64,000 bases of DNA from Nannocystales bacterium (GCA_050633305.1 JBOEGF010000018.1:800001-864000); one strand, 5' to 3'. Positions 9,501-19,998 are shown, counted from the stretch's first letter. Program-made: numbers and translations. The notes: generated by a model not told the origin, from the sequence alone.

Positions 9501-10877
9501 CTACCTGGACCGAGCGGCGTCCTCGATCCGACGGATCAGGTTCCCCCGGCCGGCCATCACGCCGGATCCGATCAGGAACTGGTCGCTCCCTGGAGCGCTG
9601 CCGAGAAGCATGATCCCGTGGTCTGCGGCCCGGCTGAGGGCCCCCACGTCGGCGTACTCGCGGGTCGGAATTGTGCGGGGCTCGGAGAACCCCAAATCGA
9701 CGTCATGGGCAGCCGGGGCGACAACAGCGCCGGCTGGGCCCATCGCGCTGCGTAGATCGCCCCCTCGACCGACAGCGGCCGCCAGGACCGAGGCCACCCC
9801 CCAAGCTGCGGAGCCAAGGACCAACCGAGGACCGGCGTGGGTCTCCTCGTGGGTCAGGACGATGGGGTTGGCTGCGCCACACAGCCAGTCAGCCGCCTCG
9901 AGCTCGCGAAGTGCGCTCCAGTCGGGGGAAACGAATGGATCTTCCTCCCGCCAGGCTGCACCGGTGAGGGTCCGGCCGACGCCCACCACGATCGGAACGC
10001 GCAGTCGCGCGGCGAACTCGGTGAGGGCCTCGAGGGTGGAAGGCGGGGTCGCCATGCCCACGAACACCGCGTCGGGTCGTTGGGGGTCGTCATGACGGAC
10101 GCAGCGCTCCAGCGCTTCGAGGATGTTGTCGGGGTCGACGTCGACGAGGTCGATGCCGATGTCCTCGTGCCCCGGGGACGACGCGACCAGCATGCGTAGG
10201 CCTCTCCAGCTCGCCTCGAGCCTGGCCACCACGGGCTGTCCGAGCAGGGAGGCGGCCGCGGCCGCGACGGTTCGCCGGATCTGCTGGGCGGCGTCGACTC
10301 GCGCTTGAACATCCACCACCCCCGTTTGCGCGCGGCTCCCTCGAACCGCGCTGACGAAAGCGTCGAGCCCCGATTTTGCGGTTGCTTTGGGGCTCCCCCC
10401 TGGAAGCTCGGCCATCGCGAAGATGTCGTCCGCGATCGCGACGGCCGGCGCGGGGGCGGCGGCTGCGGGTTCGTCCGGCTCTGGAGGGTCGGGGAGCTCG
10501 GGTTTGTCCTGTTCGGCCGCGAGCTTCGGTTGGAACCGGTCGGCGAGCCCTCCCTTTCCGACGATGCGTTCGACCCGGGCGCGCACGACTTCCGGCGCGA
10601 GGTCGTGCTCTTTGGTGAGGGCCTGCGCGAGATCTCTGAGCTTCCGAAGGGGTTCGACGGCCTCCACCACATCCTCGACCCGGAACGTTCGGGGCCGGTT
10701 GAACTGCAGGGGCACCGGGCCCAAGGCGGCGTCACCGAGGGACTCCGGGAGCATCACAGCGGCGTCCACACCCAGGGTCTTCATCACCGTGGCAAATCGT
10801 TCGCCGGATACGGGGACCTTCTGGCCGGTCGGAGACGTTGTGAAGGTTGCAGCCGCGAGCCATCGGTGCTTTGGCAT
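9501..10877 (-). CDS. T6SS contractile-sheath-like protein: TssB(VipA)-like N-terminus fused to a truncated TssC(VipB)-like domain
   Basis: TssB-like FATVMKTL...LQFNRPRTFRVEDVVEAVEPLRKLRDL. TssC-like LLGQPVVARLEASWRGLRMLV, WSALRELEAADWL and IPTREY...HGIMLL. ATG at 10877. Confidence 0.65.
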   Translation of the reverse strand: MPKHRWLAAATFTTSPTGQKVPVSGERFATVMKTLGVDAAVMLPESLGDAALGPVPLQFNRPRTFRVEDVVEAVEPLRKLRDLAQALTKEHDLAPEVVRARVERIVGKGGLADRFQPKLAAEQDKPELPDPPEPDEPAAAAPAPAVAIADDIFAMAELPGGSPKATAKSGLDAFVSAVRGSRAQTGVVDVQARVDAAQQIRRTVAAAAASLLGQPVVARLEASWRGLRMLVASSPGHEDIGIDLVDVDPDNILEALERCVRHDDPQRPDAVFVGMATPPSTLEALTEFAARLRVPIVVGVGRTLTGAAWREEDPFVSPDWSALRELEAADWLCGAANPIVLTHEETHAGPRLVLGSAAWGVASVLAAAVGRGGDLRSAMGPAGAVVAPAAHDVDLGFSEPRTIPTREYADVGALSRAADHGIMLLGSAPGSDQFLIGSGVMAGRGNLIRRIEDAARSR

Positions 10878-10944
10878 CACAGCGACGGTAACAGGAGTCG
10901 AAGGCGTTCCCAAGGTGGGGCACGGTGGGCGATGCTTCACGCCG

Positions 10945-11397
10945 ATGTCGGTCCGAGCCCTTCTCTTCACCGCCGCGTCCCTGTGTCTCGTCCCGTCTGG
11001 CTGCAAAGATGCGGCCTTCGGGCCCGAGGACGCGACGGCGATTCGCTCGGTCATGGACGCACAACAGGCGGCCTGGAACGCCGGAGATATCGATGCGTTC
11101 ATGCAGGGCTATCACCAGCAGTCCGACGTGGTGTTCACCTCGGGCGGGAAGATTCGCAAGGGCTGGCAGGCGACGCTGACCGCGTATCGGGAGCGCTACG
11201 TCGAGGGAGACGCGAAAATGGGGGCGTTGGCGTTCTCCGACCTGGAGATCCAGGAGCTGGGCCCGGGGGCCGCTGTTGTCCTGGGGCGGTGGGAGCTCTC
11301 GGAGACCCCACAAGCCGGGCACGGTGTGTTCTCGCTCGTGTTCACGAAGGCGCAGGGGCAGTGGGCCATCCTTCACGACCACAGCTCGTCGGAGTAG
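10945..11397 (+). CDS. NTF2/SnoaL-like (DUF4440/YybH-type) lipoprotein
   Basis: Signal peptide ending in PSGC; AQQAAWNAGDIDAFMQGY; C-terminal WAILHDHSS. Confidence 0.8.
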   Translation: MSVRALLFTAASLCLVPSGCKDAAFGPEDATAIRSVMDAQQAAWNAGDIDAFMQGYHQQSDVVFTSGGKIRKGWQATLTAYRERYVEGDAKMGALAFSDLEIQELGPGAAVVLGRWELSETPQAGHGVFSLVFTKAQGQWAILHDHSSSE

Positions 11398-11411
11398 GAT
11401 CGGCTCCGGTC

Positions 11412-11873
11412 ATGTTCATCATCTTTGGCGACAAACACCGCACCGAGACGGTCGCGGACGGGCTTCGGGTGGAGCGGGAATGCCCCGCGTGCAAGACGGT
11501 CGCGATGTTTCGCGAGCGTGTCGTGACCAAGCGGTTCCGGTTGTACTTCGTAGACATGTTTACGCACGGAACGCATCACGTGCTCGAGTGCGGGGAGTGC
11601 GGACAGACGTTCGTGACCGATGAGTTGCCGAAGCAGCAACTCGAGAACGATCAGTCGGGAACCCTTCTTGGGCATGTCCAGGGCCTCGTGGACCGAGGCA
11701 AGGACGTCGCGCGGGACCCTCGTGTTGTCGCCTCGGTGGGGCAGGCTCAGGCGGAGGCCACCCGAGCGCTGGGTGCTGCTCAGCAGGAGGCGACCAAAGT
11801 GTTCGGTACCGCGGAGAAGACCGTGAAGGGGTGGATCTCGGCGTTTCAGCGGCCCTCAAAGCCCGAGACGTAG
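11412..11873 (+). CDS. Zinc-ribbon protein with C-terminal amphipathic 11-mer repeats
   Basis: MFIIFG start; CPAC...RLYFV...CGEC; then AQAEATRALGA / AQQEATKVFGT / AEKTVKGWISA. Confidence 0.7.
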   Translation: MFIIFGDKHRTETVADGLRVERECPACKTVAMFRERVVTKRFRLYFVDMFTHGTHHVLECGECGQTFVTDELPKQQLENDQSGTLLGHVQGLVDRGKDVARDPRVVASVGQAQAEATRALGAAQQEATKVFGTAEKTVKGWISAFQRPSKPET

Positions 11874-12060
11874 TCGGTGTTGGGCCTGCGGGACCTCGAC
11901 CGACGACATGCCGCAGGTCGCTCGAGCCGGGTCGACCCGAACGTGGTCGCGTTACAGACCAGCGGGACGCTCGCAGCTCCGCAGCGCCTGCAGACCCCAG
12001 CTCTGCGCGTCCTGCATCCAGCGCTGGTACTCCCCGCGGGACGCGAGTCGTGCGCCTCCG

Positions 12061-12088
12061 CGCCGGTCGCCGAATATGCCGACCGGCG
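12061..12088. terminator. GC-rich hairpin downstream of the thiolase gene in a convergent intergenic region
   Basis: cgccggtcg-N10-cgaccggcg; no clear U-tract. Confidence 0.4.
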
Positions 12089-12105
12089 AGAGGTGGACCC
12101 TGTCC

Positions 12106-13395
12106 CTAGACCCGCTCGAGAACCGCCGCGGCACCGAGGCCGCCCGCCGCACACAGACCGAGCAGGGCGTGTTCTTTGTCGCTGTCGTGGAGCTCGTTGG
12201 CCATCGTCGTGACCATGCGAGCGCCGGTGGCACCAAACGGGTGCCCGATCGCAACCGAGCCGCCGTGGATGTTCAACTTGCCCGGGTCGACGTTGCCGAC
12301 CGCGTTTTCTTTGCCCAAGCGAGCTTCGGCAAACGCGTCGGACCCCAGCATCTTGAGCACGCTCAGGACCTGAGCCGCGAACGCCTCGTGGATGTCGACG
12401 TAGTCCATGTCGGACATCGACAGGCCCGCTCGGTCGAGCGCCTTCGGCATCGCGATCGCAGGACCCATGAGCAGCTGATCGGTTGGATCCACCGCGACGT
12501 AGGACCAGGAGCGGAAGGCAGCCAGTGGCGTGTAGCCCAGCGCTTTCGCCTTCTCCTCGCTCATCAGCAGCACGGCGGACGCTCCGTCGGTCAAGGGGCT
12601 GGAGTTGCCGGCGGTGAGGGTGCCGTCTTTGGAGAACGCGGCGCGCAGCTTGGCGAGCTTCTCCACGCTGGTGTCCGCACGGACGAGCCCATCGGCGGTG
12701 ACGGTCTTGCCGCCCGGTGTTGTGACGGAAGCGATTTCTTTGCGGAGGCGGCCTGAGGAAATTGCGGCAGCTGCTCGGTGGTGAGACTGGACGGCGAAGT
12801 TATCTTGGGCCTCGCGGGTGATCTGGTTGCGCTTGGCCATCTTCTCGGCCGACTGCCCCATCGTCTCGCCAGTGGACCGTTCTGCGATCTTCGGCATCTT
12901 CGGCAGAATCTCGTTGATCGGCATGAGCTGGCTGAGCACGCCGAGGTAGTCCATCGGCGTCGACTTGCCCATGGCCAAGGGGCCGAGGGTGCGAACGACC
13001 TTCTGCGGAAGCTTGAGTTCTGCGTTCGAGGTGGAGTCGGACCCGCCGGCGATCAGGACGTCGGCGTCACCACGCTCGATTGCGGAGACCGCGTTGGTGA
13101 TCGACTGGAGGCCCGATGCGCAGGCTCGGGTGACGGTGTAGGCCTCGACCGAGGGGGGGAGGCCGAGCTCGAGTGCGAGCTCGCGCCCCACGTTGGGTGC
13201 TGCCTGCGGGAGGATGACACCCCCCCAGACGATCCCTTCGAGCTCCTGGCGCGCGAGCCCGGTGCGCTGCAGCAACGCGTCGACGACCGAGGCCCCCAAC
13301 GCGATGGAGTCCATCTCGATGAAGTCGGTGAAGGCCTTGATGAAGGGGGTGCGAACGCCGGAAACGATGACGGCACATCGGAGAGTCTTGGACAT
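12106..13395 (-). CDS. fadI: Acetyl-CoA C-acyltransferase (thiolase, FadI/FadA2 type)
   Basis: VTRACASG, HEAFAAQ, GHPFGATG and LCAAGG motifs. Confidence 0.9.
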   Translation of the reverse strand: MSKTLRCAVIVSGVRTPFIKAFTDFIEMDSIALGASVVDALLQRTGLARQELEGIVWGGVILPQAAPNVGRELALELGLPPSVEAYTVTRACASGLQSITNAVSAIERGDADVLIAGGSDSTSNAELKLPQKVVRTLGPLAMGKSTPMDYLGVLSQLMPINEILPKMPKIAERSTGETMGQSAEKMAKRNQITREAQDNFAVQSHHRAAAAISSGRLRKEIASVTTPGGKTVTADGLVRADTSVEKLAKLRAAFSKDGTLTAGNSSPLTDGASAVLLMSEEKAKALGYTPLAAFRSWSYVAVDPTDQLLMGPAIAMPKALDRAGLSMSDMDYVDIHEAFAAQVLSVLKMLGSDAFAEARLGKENAVGNVDPGKLNIHGGSVAIGHPFGATGARMVTTMANELHDSDKEHALLGLCAAGGLGAAAVLERV

Positions 13396-13447
13396 GATGG
13401 GACCTCGGGCTGTGGAAGCTGGAACGGGGTTGCTGGGCGTCGCGGCT

Positions 13448-14872
13448 CTACGCCCCGACGAGTGCTCCGCCGCAGACGCGGAGGACTTGGCCGGTCAGTC
13501 CGTAGGACCCCGGCGTGGAGAGGAACGTGATGGCGTCGCCTACATCCCGTGGTCGACCGCCTTGGGAGAGGTTGCTGAGGCGACGCGCCGCCTCTCGAAT
13601 GACGACTGGGATCGCTGCGGTCAGTCGAGTCTCGATGAAGCCCGGTGCGATGGCGTTGACGGTGATTCCGCGCGGGGCGGTAGCCTTGCTCAACTCGCGG
13701 ACGTAGCCGATGACCCCGGACTTCGACGCAGCGTAGTTGGTCTGTCCCATGTTGCCCGCGATCCCGGCCACGGACGACAACAGAACCAGCCGACCCCCGT
13801 CACGCAGCGGCCCATCGAGCAGGGCGTCGGTCATGCGGACGACGGCAGCCAAGTTGATGTTGAGGGTCTGGTCCCACTTGTCTTCCGACATCCGGGCCAA
13901 GGTCTTGTCCCGGGTGACGCCGGCGTTGTGGACGACGATGTCGACCCCGCCGTGGCGCTCGGTGAGGGTCTTCGCAATCTCGTCCGGAGCCTCGGGGGTC
14001 GAAACGTCGACGAGCAGGGTGGAGCCCCCGACACCGTGGGCGACCTGACTGCACAGTTGGGCGTCGGCGGGACGGTCCAGGCAGACGACGTGCGCGCCTT
14101 CATCGGCCAGGAGCTTGGCGGTGGCCGCCCCGATTCCCCGTGCAGCTCCTGTGACGAGGGCGACCTTGCCTTCGAGCGGCCGCGTCCAAGTGGGCTCCGC
14201 GTCGGAGGTGGCTTGGGCGGTGATGGTCAGCGGTTGCCCGGACACGAAAGCGGATCGCTTCGAGAGCAAGAAACGCAATGGCCCCGCGACGCGGTCTTCG
14301 GCGCCGTCTTCGATGTACAACACGTGGGCCGTCGACCCGCGTTTGCCCATCTCCTTGGCAAGACTGCGAGCGAACCCCTCCAGTCCGGCCTGGGCGGCGG
14401 CGGCGGCTGCGTCGCGGCAACCGCTTGGGGGCCTGCCGATGACGACCGCACGGCCGCACGAGCCGACCTGCTTCACCAGCGGATGGAAGAAACCGTAGAG
14501 CGCTCGCAGGTCGGTGGGGGAGGTGATCGCGGTGGCATCGAAGACGAGCCCGTTGACCCGGCCGCCGGCGATCTCGTCGCCTGGGTCGATGCGGGTCGCC
14601 GGACGCCCGAACGCTTCTCCTGGGTCGGAGAAGGCGGCGGCGAGTCCGTCGTGGGTGACGAAACACGATGCGCCGGCGCGGGTCAGTTGGGCGGCGAGTA
14701 CCTCGCGCAGAGGACCGTCACCGGCCGCTCCGACGACCAGGCGTGCGTCGTGCAGCGGCCGGGCCTTCATTGGCTCCTTGGCGCGCGCGAGCTTGGGCGG
14801 CACGGGGAGTGGCAGACCCAGTGACTTGATCACCTTGCGGGCGGGTTCGTTCTGGAGAAGGAAGTCGTTCAT
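13448..14872 (-). CDS. fabG: High-molecular-weight 3-oxoacyl-thioester reductase (FabG4-like)
   Basis: Extra N-terminal domain (LRFLLSKRSAFVSGQ) plus SDR domain with TGAARGIG, HNAGVTRD and YAASK; 474 aa. Confidence 0.88.
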   Translation of the reverse strand: MNDFLLQNEPARKVIKSLGLPLPVPPKLARAKEPMKARPLHDARLVVGAAGDGPLREVLAAQLTRAGASCFVTHDGLAAAFSDPGEAFGRPATRIDPGDEIAGGRVNGLVFDATAITSPTDLRALYGFFHPLVKQVGSCGRAVVIGRPPSGCRDAAAAAAQAGLEGFARSLAKEMGKRGSTAHVLYIEDGAEDRVAGPLRFLLSKRSAFVSGQPLTITAQATSDAEPTWTRPLEGKVALVTGAARGIGAATAKLLADEGAHVVCLDRPADAQLCSQVAHGVGGSTLLVDVSTPEAPDEIAKTLTERHGGVDIVVHNAGVTRDKTLARMSEDKWDQTLNINLAAVVRMTDALLDGPLRDGGRLVLLSSVAGIAGNMGQTNYAASKSGVIGYVRELSKATAPRGITVNAIAPGFIETRLTAAIPVVIREAARRLSNLSQGGRPRDVGDAITFLSTPGSYGLTGQVLRVCGGALVGA

Positions 14873-14917
14873 GGCAATGAGGGGGCTGGGCAGAACCGCG
14901 CGAGGCGGATCGTGTGG

Positions 14918-15835
14918 TTACTCGAATGTGCCTACGAGGTAGGCGGGGCCGCCGGGCGCATCTCCGACATAGACCGTGCGAGCACCGTCGGTGGTTTCGC
15001 CAAGGTAGACACCAACCTTGTGCGGCAGGACGAGCGGCTCGGTGAACTGCACGTCGATGGACTTCAGAGCGTGAATCGAGCCCGCGAACAGGGTCCGCTG
15101 CAGGGTTTCGATCGTACGGGCCATCGTGCTGAACCCGTGGAGAATCGTATTGCGGAAGCCAAACGCCTTGGCGTAGGGCCGCACCCAGTGCACCGGGTTG
15201 AAGTCGCCGGTGAGCTTGGCAAAGTCGAGGCCCGCGTCGGCGCGTAGCTTCCACCGGGCGAGTTCCTCCGCGCCATGCGGGACCCGGGCCTTCTCCTTCT
15301 TTTTCGACGACCCCCCCGTTCCGTTTCGCTCACGCGTCTTCTTGTCGTGCACGACGATCGCGTAGAGGTCTGCGGTCAGCGCGTTGGGCGTTTGGTCGGT
15401 GCCGGTGACGACGCGCTGATGCAGGACGGCACGGCGGCCGTTGTCATCGATGCCCTCCAGCCGCGCGCGGGCGCGCAAGGGGACTCCGGCGGGAAGCTGC
15501 TCATGAATCTGGAGGCGGCAACCGCCGTTGAGGACCTTGAACAACGGGTAGGGGACACCTCGCAGGGTTTGAGACGCGAGTGGGAAGGACCACTGCGGGA
15601 ACAGGTGCGCGGGGAGGAGGCCTTTGTAGGACGAGGGGTCGCCCCCGACATGACGGATGTAGTCCTTCACCAGTCCAGCGGGGAGTGGCTCGACCAAGCC
15701 GATGAGCTCCTCGCTTGGGGTCGCGAACGAGGCGCTCTGGGCCGCCTTGCCTTGCCGGAGCGCAGCCCAAGCGACGCCGGCCAGGGTCTTGATGACCGGG
15801 CCCTGTTGCAGCACGTGTTTGGTCGAGACGGCCAC
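14918..15835 (-). CDS. MaoC-like double-hotdog (R)-hydratase/dehydratase (HtdX-like)
   Basis: FAKLTGDFNPVH...ILHGF hydratase motif. GTG start overlaps the upstream stop. Confidence 0.85.
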   Translation of the reverse strand: MAVSTKHVLQQGPVIKTLAGVAWAALRQGKAAQSASFATPSEELIGLVEPLPAGLVKDYIRHVGGDPSSYKGLLPAHLFPQWSFPLASQTLRGVPYPLFKVLNGGCRLQIHEQLPAGVPLRARARLEGIDDNGRRAVLHQRVVTGTDQTPNALTADLYAIVVHDKKTRERNGTGGSSKKKEKARVPHGAEELARWKLRADAGLDFAKLTGDFNPVHWVRPYAKAFGFRNTILHGFSTMARTIETLQRTLFAGSIHALKSIDVQFTEPLVLPHKVGVYLGETTDGARTVYVGDAPGGPAYLVGTFE

Positions 15836-17733
15836 TACTGTGCTGCCTCCGCCTGGGCGGACTCTTCGAGGCCTGCGAGGATCTCAGCCCCAGTGGTGTG
15901 GATGAGGTCGTGCATGTGTCGGCAGCGCGGCTCGGCGCGCCGCAGGTAGCGCTCGAGGACCGGTTTGCGATGTGGGAACTTCTCGACCTGCTCGAAAAGG
16001 ACCTCGCAGATCGTGACATCGGTCAGCAGTTGTGTGAGGCGCTCGGCGTGGAGCATGGCGAAGGCGAAGTCGCGCTTGGGGTCCCAGTCTTTGAAGAACG
16101 CCTGACTCCATTTCGCCATCGGCAACTCCCCCAAGGACCGCATCTTGTTCGCCGCGGTCCTGCGGATGAGGAACTGCTGGGTCTCAAGGCTGAGCCACTT
16201 CAGCTTCGCGACGCGCCGCTCGAGTGGATTGCGCGCCGAGAGGCTACGCCACCGGGTTTGGGCCAGGTCTCGCACGAACCGCTGGGGCGACTTCATGATC
16301 GCGCCCAGAGTGTCCTTCATGGCCATCAGAGCCTGGATCTGGCTGGTGCCTTCGTAGATCGGGAACACCATCGCGTCGCGCAGGAGTTTCTCGGCGCCGT
16401 ACTCGACGGTGTAGCCGTTGCCTCCGTGAATCTGGACGCACAAGCGGGAGTGCTCGACGGATTTTTCGGAGGCGATGTACTTGAGCAGCGGGGTGATTCG
16501 GCGGGCTTCGGCGCGCAGGCGCTTGCCCCTCTTCCGCTCCCCGTCGGGGTCGCTGCTGTGGTCCGCAAACAGCTCGGCCTTTTGGCCGAGTTCTTCCTTC
16601 AACGCGCCATACATCGACAGGGCTCGAATACCCTCGATGTCGCTGCGCATCATGTCGAGGTAGTCCGCGATCATCTCGTGCTTGTCGACCGTCTTTCCCA
16701 TGGAGGGACGCTCGGATGCGTAGGCCTTGGCCTTTCGGTAGCTGGCCTCCATCACACCCAAGGACTCGAACGCCACCCCGAGACGGGCGTTGTTCATGAG
16801 GGTGAGCATGTAGCGGAACCCCTCGCCGCGCTTGCCGATCAGCTTTGCTGGCGAGCGATCGTAGGTCAGCGCGACGGTGGGGGAGGCGTGGTGTCCCAGC
16901 TTCTCCTCGGCCCGGTCGATGGTGACCGTCCGGACGCGGTTGCCGTCCTCGTCTTCGTACCATGCGGGAACGAGGAAGAACGACAGGCCGCCCAGACCCG
17001 CGAAGGGGTCGTCCGGGTCCTCGGCGGTCTCGGTTCGTGCGATGACGAAGTGGTACTTGCCGTGTCCCGAGGTGATGAAGATCTTCTGTCCTGTGACGAA
17101 CCAGTTGCCGTCTTCATCCTGCTCGCCGTAGGCGCGCAGGCGAGCCATGTCGCTGCCTGCGTCCGGCTCGGTGATGTCCATCGAGCCCCAGGCATCTCCG
17201 CGGCCAATCTCTTCGATCTCGGCCTGGAAGCGGGTCTCGAGGACCCGACCGTTCTCGATCTTTGTGGTGCCCTCACGCATCGAGAAGATGAGCATCGACA
17301 GCGCCATCCCCCCGTGAAATCCGTAGTGCGTTCCTACGGAGACGTCCGCACGCGCCATCATCTCGGCGTTGATGAAGTAGCTGACCAGCGGGCAGTTCAT
17401 GCCGCCAAGCTCCCGCGGGATGCACATCCAGTGGAGGTCGAGTCCCTTGAGCTGCTCGAAGATCTGGTCGAACTCCGGGGAGCACAGGGCCTCGCCGTCC
17501 TTCATGTGGACCCCGGCCGCGTCCATCTTCAGGGAGTGGGGTTCGACTTCGTCGGCAACGAACTGTCCGAACATCTCCGCGATGTCGCGGTAGATGGAGA
17601 CGGCCTCTTCGGTGTTCTGTGGTGCGGTTTCGTCGTGGGGATTTCGCTCGGTTGCGGCGACGAGTGCCTCCCAGTCGAGGCCTTCGTCGAAATAGAACTG
17701 AAGATCGGCGTTGTCGGAAAAGAAGTTGGGCAT
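15835..17733 (-). CDS. Acyl-CoA dehydrogenase (large, FadE5-like)
   Basis: MDITEPDAGSD, GQKIFITSG, EEKLG, MNNARLGV, QIHGGNGY, IYEGTSQIQ. ATG overlaps the TetR TGA. Confidence 0.92.
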   Translation of the reverse strand: MPNFFSDNADLQFYFDEGLDWEALVAATERNPHDETAPQNTEEAVSIYRDIAEMFGQFVADEVEPHSLKMDAAGVHMKDGEALCSPEFDQIFEQLKGLDLHWMCIPRELGGMNCPLVSYFINAEMMARADVSVGTHYGFHGGMALSMLIFSMREGTTKIENGRVLETRFQAEIEEIGRGDAWGSMDITEPDAGSDMARLRAYGEQDEDGNWFVTGQKIFITSGHGKYHFVIARTETAEDPDDPFAGLGGLSFFLVPAWYEDEDGNRVRTVTIDRAEEKLGHHASPTVALTYDRSPAKLIGKRGEGFRYMLTLMNNARLGVAFESLGVMEASYRKAKAYASERPSMGKTVDKHEMIADYLDMMRSDIEGIRALSMYGALKEELGQKAELFADHSSDPDGERKRGKRLRAEARRITPLLKYIASEKSVEHSRLCVQIHGGNGYTVEYGAEKLLRDAMVFPIYEGTSQIQALMAMKDTLGAIMKSPQRFVRDLAQTRWRSLSARNPLERRVAKLKWLSLETQQFLIRRTAANKMRSLGELPMAKWSQAFFKDWDPKRDFAFAMLHAERLTQLLTDVTICEVLFEQVEKFPHRKPVLERYLRRAEPRCRHMHDLIHTTGAEILAGLEESAQAEAAQ

Positions 17734-18425
17734 CACGAACTCCGGGGAAGGGCAGCCTGCGGCGTCTCGGGGACGAACAGGGCGGAACGGGCGACGCGCA
17801 GGACCTCGTCCAGCAGCCGCGGGTGAATCGTTGGTGACGAGGCATCGCCACCGAGAAGGGGTCCGACCACCGCATGCACGGCGATGGTGGAAAGGATGAG
17901 GTTGATGATCGTGCTGACGTAGGCCTCCGGGTCGACGTCAGCGTGAACTCGGCCCTGCTCTTGGCCTTTGCGGATGTATTGCGACACGACTTCGGTCCAC
18001 GGCTGAACACGGTCGCGGACCAGGGGCCCCATCTCCTCGGGGCGGTCGAGCAGCTCGCGAAGCAGCACCCGAGCACGGTCGGGGTCTTCGCTAAAGAAGT
18101 TGATCGTCTCCTCCCCGATCGCGTCGAACTGCTCCTGCCCGGAGGTCGCGGCGCGAAGCAGGCGAGGCACGACCTCGTTCCAGTGTTCGAGCATCTGCTC
18201 GAGCACCGAGCGGCGAAGCTGGTCTTTCGAAGGGAAGTGGTAGAGCAGCGACGGTTTGCGGATCCCGACCGCCTTGGCGATGTCCTGCAGCGACGCGCCT
18301 ACGAATCCGCGGGCGGCAAAGAGCCGAGTCGCCTGCGCGAGAATCTGTGCGGCCATCCCCTGCTTGGGCCGACCGCTCTTCGTGCGCTCGCGCGATTCCG
18401 CTCTATCTGACCGCTGGGAAGGCAT
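17733..18425 (-). CDS. TetR/AcrR-family transcriptional regulator
   Basis: ILAQATRLFAARGFVGASLQDIAKAVGIRKPSLLYHFPSK HTH. Start at ATG 18425 (a later ATG is possible). Confidence 0.9.
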   Translation of the reverse strand: MPSQRSDRAESRERTKSGRPKQGMAAQILAQATRLFAARGFVGASLQDIAKAVGIRKPSLLYHFPSKDQLRRSVLEQMLEHWNEVVPRLLRAATSGQEQFDAIGEETINFFSEDPDRARVLLRELLDRPEEMGPLVRDRVQPWTEVVSQYIRKGQEQGRVHADVDPEAYVSTIINLILSTIAVHAVVGPLLGGDASSPTIHPRLLDEVLRVARSALFVPETPQAALPRSS

Positions 18426-18430
18426 GGGGC

Positions 18431-18477
18431 TACCGTTCGGACGGTAACCGTCTACCACTCGGTAGTCTGGTGCGCAA
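18431..18477 (-). promoter_or_regulatory. Two palindromic TetR-type operators overlapping a putative sigma70 promoter of the tetR-fad operon
   Basis: TACCGT-tcgg-ACGGTA (18431-18446) and CTACC-actc-GGTAG (18452-18465). On the minus strand: TTGCGC-N17-TAGACG, with TG upstream of the -10. Confidence 0.6.
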
Positions 18478-18515
18478 CTTGACCAGGCGCCATTCGCGCT
18501 TAACGCCGAGTTGGG

Positions 18516-19988
<1,473 letters not shown>

Positions 19989-19998
19989 CGTGAGTAGG

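Noticed and set aside
10878..11102. N-terminal extension of the sheath-like ORF given in the ORF track
   Set aside because: Overlaps the divergent NTF2-like gene; the TssB-like sequence begins at ATG 10877.
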